The position numbers and the translations under genes are program-made. From assembly GCF_009914755.1 (NCBI RefSeq), contig NC_060932.1: 64,000 bases of DNA. One strand, 5' to 3'. Origin of the DNA: the human T2T-CHM13v2.0 reference genome, Homo sapiens. Position 1 is the first letter of the stretch; every line of letters begins with the position of its first letter. Shown here one piece after another: positions 25,937 through 41,298 of this stretch. The notes under the pieces are model-generated. The model was not told where the DNA came from. It worked only from the letters and a program-made list of their open reading frames with translations, and made no database searches.

Positions 25937-26498
25937 ATAAATAGGTATTTTGATGACAGCATTTAAAAATGCTCTCATACTATATCGACTTTTTAATAAC
26001 CTGCTTCTTTTTTCCCATAACCGTACATGATGAACATCTTTGCATTTTTAAAAATCTGACCACATTTTTTAAAAACTTTCTTATAAAATACAACATGCGT
26101 AAAACTGAAGTATACAGTATAACAGAATAAATATAAAATGAACGCTGAAGGATACAGCAGCTACCTGGGATAAGATGGAGAACACGGCCACTCCACAGGG
26201 GCTCCCGACTCCCTCCAGGACCACCACCACCACCCATAAGGCTACATGATCTTTTCTAAGAACCCATAATATTTGCTCTGCCACATGGATGAACCACAGT
26301 TCATTTAATGTAATGTGTCAAATTGTTGGGCATTTTGAGTGTTTCTGGTTTCTGCTGGAATGAATGTTCCATAGGTACTTCCGCATACTTACTTGTGTCT
26401 CTCAATGATTTTTTGGGGGTAAAGTCATAGAAGGGAAATCTCTGGTTCAAAGGGTGTACACATTTTTTAAGGCTTTTGATACATTGTTGCGAGTTGCC

Positions 26499-26790
26499 TT
26501 TTTTTTTTGAGACAGAGTCTCGCTCTGTCACCCAGGCGGGAGTGCAGTGGCGAGATCTCGGCTCACTGCAAGCTCCGCCTCCCGGGTTCACGCCATTCTC
26601 CTGGCTCAGCCTCCTGAGTAGCTGGGACTACAGGCGCCCACCACCATGCCCGGCTAATTTTTTGTGTTTTTTTAGTAGAGACGGGTTTCACCGTGCTAGC
26701 CAGAATGGTCTCGATCTCCTGACCTCGTGATCCGCCCGCCTCAGCCTCCCAAAGTGCTGGGATTACAGGCGTGAGCCACCGCGCCTGGCC
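26499..26790 (-). mobile_element. AluY
   Basis: GCAAGCTCCGCC and TTCACGCCATT Y diagnostics; GCCTTTTT TSD. Confidence 0.92.
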
Positions 26791-27269
26791 GCCTTTTTAC
26801 AAGCAGTAGGAGGGTTGGGTCTCACCAGGCCTTCAGCTTGGTGGATGTTTGCTCATCTGATAGGTGAAAGTATCTCATTGTCTTGATGCATTTGCATATC
26901 TTTTCTGTTGATGAGATGACATCATTTATGTCATGTAATTATACTTGTCCTCCAGGAATTACCAGTGAGAGATCCTATTATTAAAATATATAATCTCAAG
27001 AGCTTGTCCTGTCTCTATGTCCACCCATAAGTAATAAAAATCCCACCCCACCCTTTCTCTTCCCCACTCCACGTCTGGAACCATTTATCAGCTCCCAGAC
27101 TTGAAGCCAAACCTGACCTCATTGCAAAGTCCTTGGTTGTGCTAATAAGCAGCTACCGGGAACTGGGCTAAGTCACTCCCCTCTCTGAGCCTCAGCTGAC
27201 AAAGGCTTAGCAAATGAGAGAAACGTGGAAGTGGAATAGAATTATGAACTCTAACTTTAATAAACTAAT

Positions 27270-28260
27270 ATATGTTGAACATCTATTATATTCCAGGTAC
27301 TGTGATAGATACTTTGCGTTCTTCATTTCTGAATTTTGTAACAACCCTGTGAAGCAAGTATTATAATCTCCATTTTACACATGAGGAAACTGAGGCTAAG
27401 AGAGGTGAAGTGACTTGCCCATGGTCCCACCGCTGGGAAGACTAACAGGCCTGGCTGATTCCCAAGAATCTGCTCTTTCTGGGAGGACCCAGTGCCATCA
27501 ACATCTCTGGACAGGCATATGGAATGACTATCATTAAATGGTGTCTGGAGCATGTCTTATCAGAAATGTTCTTGGGGAATCCCTTTTTTCCCCTATGCTG
27601 GTCCTATTGCTGTTTTTTCCATGCACCCCTCCAGAATGTGGTGGGGACTCTTCCTTGCTGGAACACCTCTCCGCGGCTCAGGGCCCACTTTAGTTAAGCT
27701 CTGCAAGAATGAGAGGAGGCTCATCCCTCCTTTGGCTCTGTTCTTTGTCTTCACCTCCTGTTACCACCACTTTCCTCACCTCTTGGCTTCTCTGAGTCTC
27801 ACCTGTCCAGGAAGCCCTCCATGATGAAAACTCAGAGTTAACCTGAAGACCTTTCAGAAGAAAAGAACAAGAAGAGAGGGCTTGCCATGACTAAATGTCA
27901 ACCCTACACAGGGACTTCACCTACATCATTTCATGCAATTAGCACTCCAACTGTAGGAGTTATTATATCCACATTTTGCCAATGGGGAAGCTAAGCTTCA
28001 GGCAGGTAAATTTCTGGACCAAGTGTTCATGGCGAATGAGAAGAACTAATACTTATTTAGCATATAAGTACCAGGGATGGTTATAAACCACTTGTATGTA
28101 ATAACCATAGTCTTCAACACATCTCCAAAAGGTAAGGTACTGTTTTTAACATCCCCACTGTATAAATGGAAATACCGAGGCAGAAAAAAAATAATTTGCC
28201 GAAGACGTCCAGTAGAGCTGGGATTGGAACCCAGGCAGTCAGTCAAGTGTGTCCCTAACC
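27270..28260. mobile_element. Cluster of MIR fragments
   Basis: CCATTTTACACATGAGGAAACTGAGGCT and related cores. Confidence 0.6.
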
Positions 28261-29884
28261 ACCATTATCTGGATGACCCCAAACCTCCATGGTTTCTTTT
28301 TCCTAAGCAACCAAGTGTCTTCTGAATGCAAAGGTTGGTGGGGAAATGCTTGAAGTCAACATTCTTCCTGTGTAGTCTGAGGAACCTGACACCCAGAGAG
28401 AGTGTTCCTGGCTCTAGGTCCCAGGTCTTATGACTGCAGATCCAGTCTTACCACAATCCAGCCCACACTGCCTCTACTCAAAGGGAGAAAGGGCATTGCT
28501 GCTGATCTCACCTCCTCCCTGCCCCCTCGGTGGTGGTGGGCCAGGACTCTCTCTGAAACAGTGATCATGGTTTAATCACTAGGTGAGTAACCATGGGAGG
28601 CTTCCTGGCTGATTATTAATAGAAGCTGGAGAAGGTGTGCGTGTTTAGCAACAGGCCAGCAGTTTGGGATGCCAGGCTGGCTTGGTCTCTTGGTTTCTGG
28701 AGTCATCTGAATGATTTGACTCATCTCCTGGCTGAGGGCTTGGCTTCTTACTTCTGAGACACCCCATTCCCAAGGCAAATTGCTGCCTTGCCTCTCTCCT
28801 TACACTCATTTACATCATCTGTTTCCAGGCTGCCTGCAGGAACTGAAGCTTCTAGACAAAGAGACCTGGGTTTAATCCTTGCAGACCTTAGCTATATTGT
28901 CTAACCTCTTGGGACGTCAGTTTCCTCATCTTTGAAATGGGCATGCCAACATCCAACTTCTCATGAGGACTTATGGAGATGATTGCACAGCAGACATTCA
29001 GGAAGCTGCCACCATTGTGACTAGTACCATTCGGAGGCTGCCACGCTGGAACCTGCGGGCCACAGGCCCTAACAAAACTGTTCCTTTGCTGCAAATGTCT
29101 TTTCCAGGTCTTTCCCCCTTTTCTTCACATTGGGAGTGACGGTCCTATGGGGAAGAATAATGTGTTGCAATATTAGAGAGTGAGGTTCTTCTTTTTGTTT
29201 TTTTCAGCAGGGCTCTTGGGAAGAAACCTGGCCATTTGAGCCCACTTTACCTGGGGGTCAGGGTGACTGGGCCTAAAGCAAGACACAGTCATTGCTGGCT
29301 TTTGTTTTGATAAAACTTAAGGCATGAAAATATTTGATCAAGAATTCCAGAAGGGAAGGAGAGAAACTTAAAGTTGGAGAAGGAAGAACACTTTGCCTGA
29401 GCTGGGGGCAGGGTCTGGGGTTCTGTTAGCAGCAGGGACCCTTGCTCCTGCCCTAGGGAGGTAGACAGGCTGCTATGTCCTCAGCCCACCCTCTCTGGAG
29501 AGCCTGGTGCCCAGGCAGCAACCCCTGCTCTGAAGAAACCCTGAGTTCCCCAATGCCTGCCTGCTCTGTAACACAACCCGTGAAACTTTGCTTGACATTG
29601 GTGCAGGGGAACTGGGTGTCCGCTCATGACAGAGACTGAATTTCCCCACTGAGCCAGCGGAATGAGGACTGCAAGTCCCCACGGACTGAAAAAAAGTAAG
29701 AAAAATGGATATTTCTTGCACACCTGAACTTGTGACCTCAGATCTCTGCCCACCACCCCTGTGTTGGGACCTCTGCCTCACTGCAAGGGCCAGAGCAACA
29801 GTGCATGAAGCTCCCATGTAGAAAACAGGTCTTGAGAAGAAATGTCCATGATAATACAGTGGCTGCAGTTCTGCGAAGGAGAAG

Positions 29885-30062
29885 GCTAGACCTGTGCCGT
29901 TTAATACAACAACCGGTAGCCACACAGGTCTGTGTTTAAATTCATTCAAAGGAAATGAAATTAAAAATTAGCCATGTTTCAAGTGCTCAATAACCCTTGT
30001 GACCAGTGGCTACGGAGACTGGCCAGCACACAGTTCTATCACTGCAGAATGTTCTATTGGTC
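29885..30062. mobile_element. MER3-like DNA transposon
   Basis: GTAGCCAC...TTTCAAGTGCTCAATA...GTGGCTAC...GTTCTATTGG. Confidence 0.65.
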
Positions 30063-31084
30063 TACCGGTTTATTTGTCTAGACAATTCCATCTAGAGTAA
30101 GGAACACGGAACAATTCCCCAAAAAGCACTGGAAAAAAACTTTCTTTACCCTCTGCACAACAGGTGAAGATTACCTCTGTTTTCAGGGACAGTTTTAATG
30201 ATTCCTAACAGTCAATGTGGAGGAGGAGGCCTACAATTATGCATGGGGGTGGATACAATTTGTGCGGAGGAAGGATGTGTGTGCAAATAACTTCTACCTG
30301 GCAGGCACAGGAAGTTTGTGGACACTTTGTTCCTCGAAACACATCTGTAGGGCCCTCCTTTGGAGACCTTCCAGGCTGGCCTCTCCAGCCAAGTCTCCAT
30401 TGCCCACGTGTCCCAGCCCCTCATGGTGATGACTCTGAAAAAAGGTATTTTGGAAAAGCAATGTCACGTGTAAGCCCCATTTTCTGTTTGCAGGCCTATC
30501 TCTCCTCTGTGGGGGTTAGTTCTTTGAGAAACATCTCCAGTGTATCCCCAGCATCCAGAGCCTGGCTACACACAGTAGAGGCTTAATAAGTGTTGATGAG
30601 ATGAATGGGCACGTTGGCAGATGGCAGGCTGACTTGGGGCGGCTGCCTTTGACCTCCAACAAAACTGGGTGTAAACTTCATCTTCTCCAGAACATCTCTG
30701 TGGACTCCAATCCCCAACTCTGGGCGCCATGGTATTCCTAGATTCCGTGATTGCTTTCCTAGATTCCCAGAATGGGTTGTGGTATAACAGGTGGAAAAAC
30801 TGACGATCCATAACCAGAAAATGGGGAAGGTTGGGAAGGGGAGGGCTCAGATAGAAACTCAGTAGACAAGGCAGAAGAAGAAAGCCTCATGGGGGACATT
30901 GGGGGTGGACAGGCCCTTCTGTCCAGGGGTTTCCCCAGCAGTGGGGGGAAGTAAGTACCAGGTAACACCTATTTGTGTTGCTCAGAATCTTTTAAAATTT
31001 GTGCAGGGAGAATACAATGGAATATTTCACATGTGTCTTATATCCAAACAACAGAAATTCCATTGCAGATAGGTGCTGGAGAAG

Positions 31085-31485
31085 CCTTTTATAAAGTTTC
31101 CTGGGGCAGGGCAGGAGGAGGAGCCAGGCCCAGGAGTCAGTCCCAAGTCTGGAGGGTAGGCCCTGCCCTGGGCGACCCGCCAGGCAGCCGGGTGACCCCC
31201 TATCCAAGGGCCTTGTTCAGCCCCTGTTGGCTCTGCTGGCAGCATCTGGGGGCTTCTCTGCAGGATGCTGGTGCAGAGCGCTGTTCTGCCAGGTGGCCCA
31301 GCCCGACGGGTGTCTCCCTAGCTTCTCCGACAGCTTTGCCACCTTGCACCCACTTGCCCGCGTGCTCAGTCACGTCCTCCTCGTCGGCCGCGTTCCCCAG
31401 GCAGCTGTGTCAGCCTCCCAAAATACAGGTAAGCCTCTGGCCTGGGGCCGGTGTCTCTGGCCTGGCTCACCTGCCGGGTAGGTGA
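31085..31485. promoter_or_regulatory. Locally CpG-retaining candidate enhancer/promoter with HRE-ARE-HRE composite
   Basis: Many CpGs in non-repeat DNA; GCGTGCTCAGTCACGT at 31360-31375; TATAAA at 31090; donor CAG|GTAAGC at 31428/31429. Confidence 0.5.
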
Positions 31486-31997
31486 CTGTTAGCATCACTG
31501 CCTCTCCCCTAAAAGAAATCCCCTATTTTCACCCTTGGGCACTCACATACCGTACCCACTACCAACAGTTTCATCTCTGCCTTTAAGCATTTACAATTAA
31601 GATATCCACCGGTGTTGATTGAAACACTTGTTTCCAGTAAACGTTCAAGGCTGCATTCATTCATTCATCATGCATTGAGTCAGCTCAGGCCTGGTTTGTC
31701 CAGGAGTGTTCCCTACTAGGAGCACAGCCCCCAATTCCACTGAATGCTAGAGGGAGGGGCATAGACAGGAACCTCGGCCTTTGAGGTCTGGAGAGGAGGT
31801 GGGCGGGTACTCACCATCATAATTGTAGCTTATGCTTACTGAGAGCAAATCCTGTGCCAGGCCCTGTTCTAAGTACTCTCCATGTTGATAGCCTCAGAAC
31901 ATTCTTATGAGGGAGATGTTACTGTACTACCAGTGTTGTAAATGAGGAAAGTGAACACAGAAAGTTTAAGTGAAAAAGGTGTCACATCACAGAGCTC

Positions 31998-32371
31998 GTA
32001 GCAGTTTGCTAGGGCTGCCATAATAAACAACTGCAGGCTATGGGGCTCAAACAACAGAAATTGATTCTCTCACAGGTCTGGAAGCCAGAAGTCTGAGATC
32101 AAGATGTTGGCAGGGTTGGTTTCTTCTGAGGTCTCTCTGGCTTGTAGGTGGCTGTCTCCTCTGTGTGTCTTCACATGGTCTTCCCTCTGTACCTGTGCCC
32201 ATGTTTTCTCCTCTCCTAAGGACACCAGTCACATTGGATTAGGCCACCCTAGTAATCTGATTTTAACTTGAGGACCTCTGTAAAGACCTGTCTTCCAATA
32301 CAGTCACATCCTGAGGTACTAGAGGTTAGGGTATCATCCTATGAATTTGTGGGACACAATTTAGCCCATAC
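31998..32371 (-). mobile_element. MLT1A-type MaLR LTR inserted in a MIR
   Basis: GCTAGGGCTGCCATAA...AAGTCTGAGATCAAGATGTTGGCAGGGTTGG...CACAATTTAGCCCATA. Confidence 0.75.
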
Positions 32372-33194
32372 TATAAGCTAGTAGGTGACAGAGTCAGGAT
32401 TTAAATTCAGGCTGACAGGCTCCAGAATCCACGTGCTGCCTCTCAGAGAGACTCCCCATCCTGGGTAAAAAGGCTGCAGTGATCCTCTACCCTAGGGTTA
32501 GAGAAAATTTTCCAGAGCCAGGCTACTGTGGGGAGTGAGTGGGAGACTGTTGGTGCCCTCCAACCTCCCCCGACAGCTTCCAAACCCTGGGCACCCCATA
32601 CTCCCTGGATGTCCTGAAGTTCCAATTGCATTCTCCTTACATGGCCAGGGAATTTCCTTCTTCTTTAAGAGACAGGGAGACATATAAACAAAAGACCCCC
32701 TTCTCTGCCAGGCACCTTTCTGGGCACTTCCCCATCGGACCCACCCAATTTAAATAATAACCCAGCAAGTTAGTGATTGTTATCCCAAAGGAGAAAATGG
32801 AAGCCAGGTTCTTTATCATCTGACCTTTCTCCTAAATCTCAGAGACACCTCATCAGGGAATATGCTAGCTAGAAAGTGCTTATCAGTTACAGGATCCAAC
32901 AATTCTGTAGATAACAAAACCAACGCTCAAAGAAGGACGTGGTGTATTGGAGTCACAAAGCGTGTTAAAGTCAGAGGCATGACTTTAACTGTGTGACTAT
33001 GAACTGCAAGACTATGGCAGCAGAGACTGTGTCTGTCTTAGTTACCCTGGGTCCCCAGGATGGAGAATCAGATGAGCACAAAGGAAACCCTTCCTACATA
33101 TTAGTTTTAAGAATAAATAAATTATTCAACAATGAATACATTAATTCCCAGCCCAGGCCCTTGTTTTGGCCTCAAATAAAGAAATAATGGGTTG

Positions 33195-33650
33195 TATTCA
33201 ATCTCCTCTTCATCTTTCATAACAGAACACCAAATTTTAACAGATAACCAGCCTAAATAGATATTTCCCAGTTTCCCTGGTATGTGACAATGTTTTGGCC
33301 AAAGCGATCTAATTAGAAGGGTTTGAAAACTTCTAGAAAATATGCTTCAAGAAAAAGCATGCACAAGTTAATTTGTTTCTTCCTTTATGCTGGCAAGAGT
33401 GAAATGCAATGGCTGGAGCTCCAGCAGTTACTGTGGACCAGAAGGTGACCTTAGGCATGAAACCAATGCAGCACAGAACAACGGAGAGAAGGAACCTGAT
33501 TCATTGACACTCTGGGGCTCCATACCAGCCCAGACAGCTCCTTGGAATGCCTTGGACACAACAGAGAAGTAAACGTCTATGTTGCTTAAACTGCTGTTAT
33601 TTGGGTTTTTTTTCTATTACTCATAATTAGACATAATCTAACTACTACAA
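33195..33650 (+). mobile_element. Old MLT1 (J/K/L-like) LTR
   Basis: GCAATGGCTGGAGCTCCAGCAG...AAACTGCTGTTATTTGGG...TCTAACTACTACA. Confidence 0.5.
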
Positions 33651-33812
33651 GTCTCTAATGAAGGAGCCCATTGGAGGCAATATAGATTAGTCAAGAGCTC
33701 AGAATGTAAATCCAGATGCACTTGCTAAGGACATGACCTTATACAAGCTACTTCACCCTCTGGAGTCTCAGTTTCCTCATCCGTACAATGGGTTTAATAA
33801 TAGCATTTATCC

Positions 33813-34320
<508 letters not shown>

Positions 34321-35188
34321 TTAGCATTTATCCCATGAGTTGGTATAATCCATGGTGTGGATAAACGGAGGTACATCTTATAAAGTACAAGCGCATAGCT
34401 CACTCTGAGGCCCAGGCAGTGGCGTGCTCAGCCGAGATCTTGTCTTTAGCACCCAGGCCCCAGCATGGGGACTGGGGTGGGATCAGTTTTTGTCAGTTGA
34501 TGATGATGATGGGGATGCTTTACTTATTGTCACAAGTGACCGTGAGCCAGCTTGGTCTTGATGGAGGGGCAGCCCAGGACTCCTGGCTGAACCTTCATCA
34601 ATGGAGCAGAGGGCTGCCAGAAAGAAAAAGGCACAGTGGGGGACTTCCTTGACAATCCAGCCTTTACCAGCTTGGAGGATTTTTTGGAAAGGTGGGTGGT
34701 TCCATAGGGATGTGGGCTGACTATTCCACAGTGCTGCAGAAATCAGAACAAAACAAAACGAGCTATAATCGTGAAACCATGTACACTGTGCATCCAAATT
34801 AAACAGTTCTACCACTCTATGGCCCCAGATATGTTCCAACACTTCAAGTTAAGGAACAAACAGAAATCAGATCCAGACAAGTTTTATTTGGGAGGATTTG
34901 TTCTGCCTCATAACTGTTGTTTAAACATGCAAGAAATTTACTCAGTCAGCTTACTGGCTCTGAGACCTTGGGAAGAAGCCATTTAAACTCTCTGAGCCTT
35001 AATTTTACCACTGTACAATGGGGGTAGTAACATCTACCTCAAAAGATGACTAAAAAGAAAAGATTAAATAGATTGTTTAGCAAACAGTCAGTACTAAATA
35101 AATATCTTCTGTCCCTTCCCTTTCCCGCAGGTCCACCACAACAAAGCCTAGAGAACTAGTGCCGAGTGAACTGGATACACAGAATTTA

Positions 35189-35504
<316 letters not shown>

Positions 35505-35901
35505 AGTGCGAATGCAGAAGAACATGTGTTGGTCCTACAGAATCTCCTGACGAAAGGTGAGCCAGGCAGGGGTTGAGTTCATGCCAGGTGACAGTCCCTC
35601 CAGGTATAGTAGGACCTTGCGGGAAAGCTCTGCCTGTGACCTGGTCCACATCACATCAAATGTTTTGATGTTAATTAAATAATGTGAAAGTGGTCATCTA
35701 TTTTAATGTTCTTTAAAATTAAATATTAAAAGTGTTTTTTATTGTCATTTTTGATAGAAACTGAGAAATCAGAGGAAGCAAGATTGTGATGGGGCTTTAG
35801 ATATCTATCCAGAATTGCTAAGTGGATTTCACCTCTTCTGCACGGCAGTCAATGGACAATGGCTGTCTGGAACACGGCATTGAGAAGAATTCTCCATGCC
35901 A

Positions 35902-36013
35902 TAGGGTAGACTAGTGATGTCTAGGGCAGACTAGCGATGTCTAGGGTAGACTAGTGATGTCTAGGGTAGACTAGAAATGTCTAGGGTAGACTAGCAATGT
36001 CTACCCTAGGCAT
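35902..36013. repeat. 20-bp minisatellite (TAGGGTAGACTAGTGATGTC)x5 ending in a hairpin
   Basis: Direct reading. Confidence 0.93.
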
Positions 36014-38373
36014 AGAGTAGAAATATGACATGTACACATGGTCAGGGTATTTGCCATTCCTGAACTAGTCCCTTTGCCCCATCTGGCTAAACCTAGACTA
36101 TGTAAACATAACCAATTATCTAATGAGGCTAGATAATAGCTAGGTAGTTGCTCAGAGATCTCTCCCCGGTGAAAGTCTCCACTAGGCAGAGCTGGAAGTG
36201 AAAGATATGTTAACACATGGATCCCACGTGGTTACCCTGAACTGAGCACAAAATGCCAAGCACTTTACATGCATTATTTCTAATCCTCCCAAGAATTCTG
36301 TGAGTTGGGCACAAGCGTACCCATTCCATAGATAGGAAACTGAGTTCTCATGAGCTTCAGTGACTTGTCCGGAGTTACCCTTAACTGTTGAGCATCAGAG
36401 CTGGAAGCTGCTCCCCTATCTAACACAGAAACCCACACTGTCTTTCCTTGGGCTACGCTGTGTTTTCAGGAAGGAAAGGGAGTGAACCGTCTGACTAGGT
36501 GATGGCTGATGGAAGCTCTCTTTTTCCTCTGCCATTGCTGGGTTTTCTGGACAGCCTCCTCGGGCCTCTATTTGGCTTCGACTGTGGGACACAACCTTGG
36601 CTTTCGCCACAGACAGCTGGGTGTGTCCTCCAGTTGGGAAAGTTTGGTAAAGCCTGCGTTTTGCCCCAGACAGATAACTCAGGCCAGAAGCACGTTCTTC
36701 ATGGACTCACCTTGAGAAAACCACTTCTCTGCATGCAGAGGCAGGCCTGGATGCTGACTCAGGGCTGCCTGGATGGTCTGGGGTTGCTCATTCTCACACA
36801 ACTGGGAGTATTATGACCTGTGGTCTGTTGGCCAGCCCCTCACCTGTGAGCAGAGACTCTGAGGGGCCTATCCAGGCTCCTCCTTGGAGAACCGGAGCCA
36901 CTTCTCCCCTCTGCCTTGCACCCCTCCATCTCCACAGTGACTTTGTGCTAACTTTGCAAAGGTTTCAATGCTTATCAAGTAACTTTGAATAGGAAATACA
37001 TTTCAATAGCTTACAAAATAAGCAGTTTCAAAAGGCACACAGGAAAAGTTCTTATTCCCATTTTTGCCTGCTATCCACTGAGTTCCCCACCCCCGCCATA
37101 ATAACCACCTTTATTATCTTCCTGAGATTCCTACAGAAAACAAACATGTATAAAGGTATATGCTTATCACCACGCACTTCCATCACACAAAGTAGCATAC
37201 CTAAACACCTCTTGCGTCCTATTTCAAGTACCAATACATCCCGAATCTCTTATAATATATAAAAATATTTGTATTCTTTTTGGCATCTGCATATATTCCA
37301 CGGAATGGATATACTAGGATTATTTAATTAGTCTCCTCTTGAGGGACATTATGTATGTTTCCAAGGTTTTACTACAAGCAATACTGCAATAATTTGTCAC
37401 TTAGTAACTGAGCAAGCTTATCAGTTGGGTAAATTCCCAGAAATGAGATCGATGGCTCAAAGGGTATATATGCTTTTATGGCTTTGCTAGTATTCCAAAA
37501 TTGCCCTCCATAGAGTTTGTACCAATTTACACTCTCTCCTGCAATTTACCAGTTTCTACCCAACCTCACACACACAATGTGTGGTCAATATTTAATTTTT
37601 TTACCAACCTGATAGATGAAAAATGGCATCTCAGTGTTGTTTCAATTTGATTATCTCTTATGTTGTGTCTTTCTGTATTTTAAAAACCATTTATGTTTTT
37701 TACTGTGAACTTTCTATTCATATCTTCTGCCCATTTTTCTTTTTAGTTATTACTCTTTTTATCATTTCTAAGAGCTCTTTACATATTATGAAGATTAAAA
37801 GCTTGATCTGTAATATGACTTGCAAATATTTTGCCTAGCTTGATTTTGTCTTTTGATTTTGCTAATGGTTTTATTATGCTAGGTAGAAATTTTTAAAAAT
37901 TGCTTATCATATAATTTATCAATCAATTCTTTTATAAATATTGGATTCTGAACTGTAACTAAATAAGCCTTCTTACTCCATATTTTCTTCTAATATTTTT
38001 ATAGTTTGAAATTTTGTACTTAACTATTTTATCTATTTGGAGTTTATTCTAGTGTATGAAGTGAGCTATGTTTAGACCGATATTCAGTTGACCTGCTATC
38101 CTTTATTGAATATCTTTTCTCTGCTGACTTAAGATACCACTTTTATCTTATTTTATACTACATTACAGAATGTATCTCATTGTATTAATCAACTTTCTCT
38201 CCTGTTCCATTAGACTATTTATGTAATAGTGCAATACTAATTTAATTAATGGTTAATTAAATTCATTAATTATTGAGCTCCATGACATATTTTAATATCT
38301 GATATGACTGGACCCCTAGTCATTGTTATTTTTGTTCAGATTTGTCCTTGTTTGTTTTCAATATAAACTTTAG

Positions 38374-38696
<323 letters not shown>

Positions 38697-39548
38697 ATCT
38701 AGTCTACTTCTAAAACCAAAACCAAAACTTGATATTTTTGTTAGGATTACACTAAATTTAGAAACCAACCTAGAGAGATTTGGCATTGTTACACGATTGA
38801 ATTTCCCTAACTGAGAACAGATTACATAATTTCCTTTGTTCAAGTGTACCTTTGTGTTTTATATAATTATTGTAATAAATTATGTTAACAGATTTTATAA
38901 TATTGAACACATTCTTGAATTCTTGCATAAATTCTACCAGGTCATGATGTTTAATTTTCTTAGTGTCATGCTAGATTTTATTTGTTAATATATTATTTAA
39001 AATTTTTGCTTTAACATCTATTAGGGAGACATTGTTTTTTCCTTTTTTTGTGAAATCTTTCTCGATATTTGGTGCTGATGTGTTTTTCACTTCATGAAAG
39101 AATCATAGAATTTCCATTTTCTCTATGTACTGGAATAATATAAATCGCGTTGGAACTGTTTACCTTCTAAGGATTTGGAAGACGTCCTCTGTGAAAACAT
39201 CTTTTTCCTTTTGCTGGGAGGTGGGGAAAAAGAGAAGGTTAACTTTCTGGCAACTTTTTATATTTATTCTCTGGTAATTACAAAGTTTGAATTTTCATTA
39301 TTTTCTGGGGTCAAATTTCATAAATTTTTTTTTCCGGAAAGGTTTATATTTCAACTGGGTTCCAAACATTTTTACAAATTTATTTGTATTATGAAAAATT
39401 TTAGACATATATAAAGTTACGAAAGAATAGTATACTGAGCTCCAGCTACCCAGGACCCAGCAACTATCGGTTCACAATCACTCCTATTGAATGTGGAATC
39501 CCACCCTACTTCCCCCCACCCTCCTCCTGAGTCTGGAGTGTTTTGTAG

Positions 39549-39916
<368 letters not shown>

Positions 39917-40094
39917 CATAAGTATTATTTTTTAAACAGGAAGTCATTCAGTTATTTGTTGAAATCAGGGTCCAAATAAGCTCTAGACAATTACACCTGC
40001 TGGATATGTGTCTTAAATCTCTTCATTTATAGGTTTTTCTATAAATCTCACCTCCTCCTCTCCCAGATATCTTTCCTCAAAATTTATTTGTTGA

Positions 40095-40516
<422 letters not shown>

Positions 40517-41154
40517 TAGATCAAATTCAGGTTTTGTTTGTTTGTTTGTTTGTTTTTGGCTAAGAGTACGTTATAAATAGAAGTGTGTCAAATTTATTTG
40601 AAAGTTGAGCAACGTGGTCTCATGAATTTTCTCTCTTTTCATGATTATTTCCTACTTATCATTTCTTATTTATTGACTTTTTTTCCTTTTCTTCTTAAGC
40701 AGGTTGGATTATAGTTCATCTATTTTATCTTACTGTTTTTCAAATCAATACATGTTAGTTTCACTTATTAGTTTGCTTTCTGCTTTTGTCTTTAAAGTTA
40801 CTTCTCTCTAGTCATATATTTCAATGTTCTTTTTCTAACTTTTGTGTCTAATGCATACGTTATTTAATTTTACATAATTATTTAAGTCTATGAATTTTTC
40901 TACGAGCACTTTTTATCTCTATCCATATGTTCGGCTGTTAGACATTCTGCAGTTTGGGTTTGTATTTCCTTTTTGACCAAAGAGTTATTTAGAAGATAAC
41001 ACTTTATAGAGTTTCCAAGTAAAAGAGCCTATAGTTTTATTATTAATTTCTAGTCTTATTGAATTATGGTCAGAAAATGGTTTGTATTGTTTTGACATTT
41101 TGGAATTTATTAAGGTTTCCTTTTGGCCTAGTATGTTCAGTTGTAGATGTTTTA

Positions 41155-41298
<144 letters not shown>

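Noticed and set aside
35902-36001. Palindromic 20-bp repeats superficially like a CRISPR array
   Set aside because: No unique spacers, human DNA, no cas genes; it is a minisatellite
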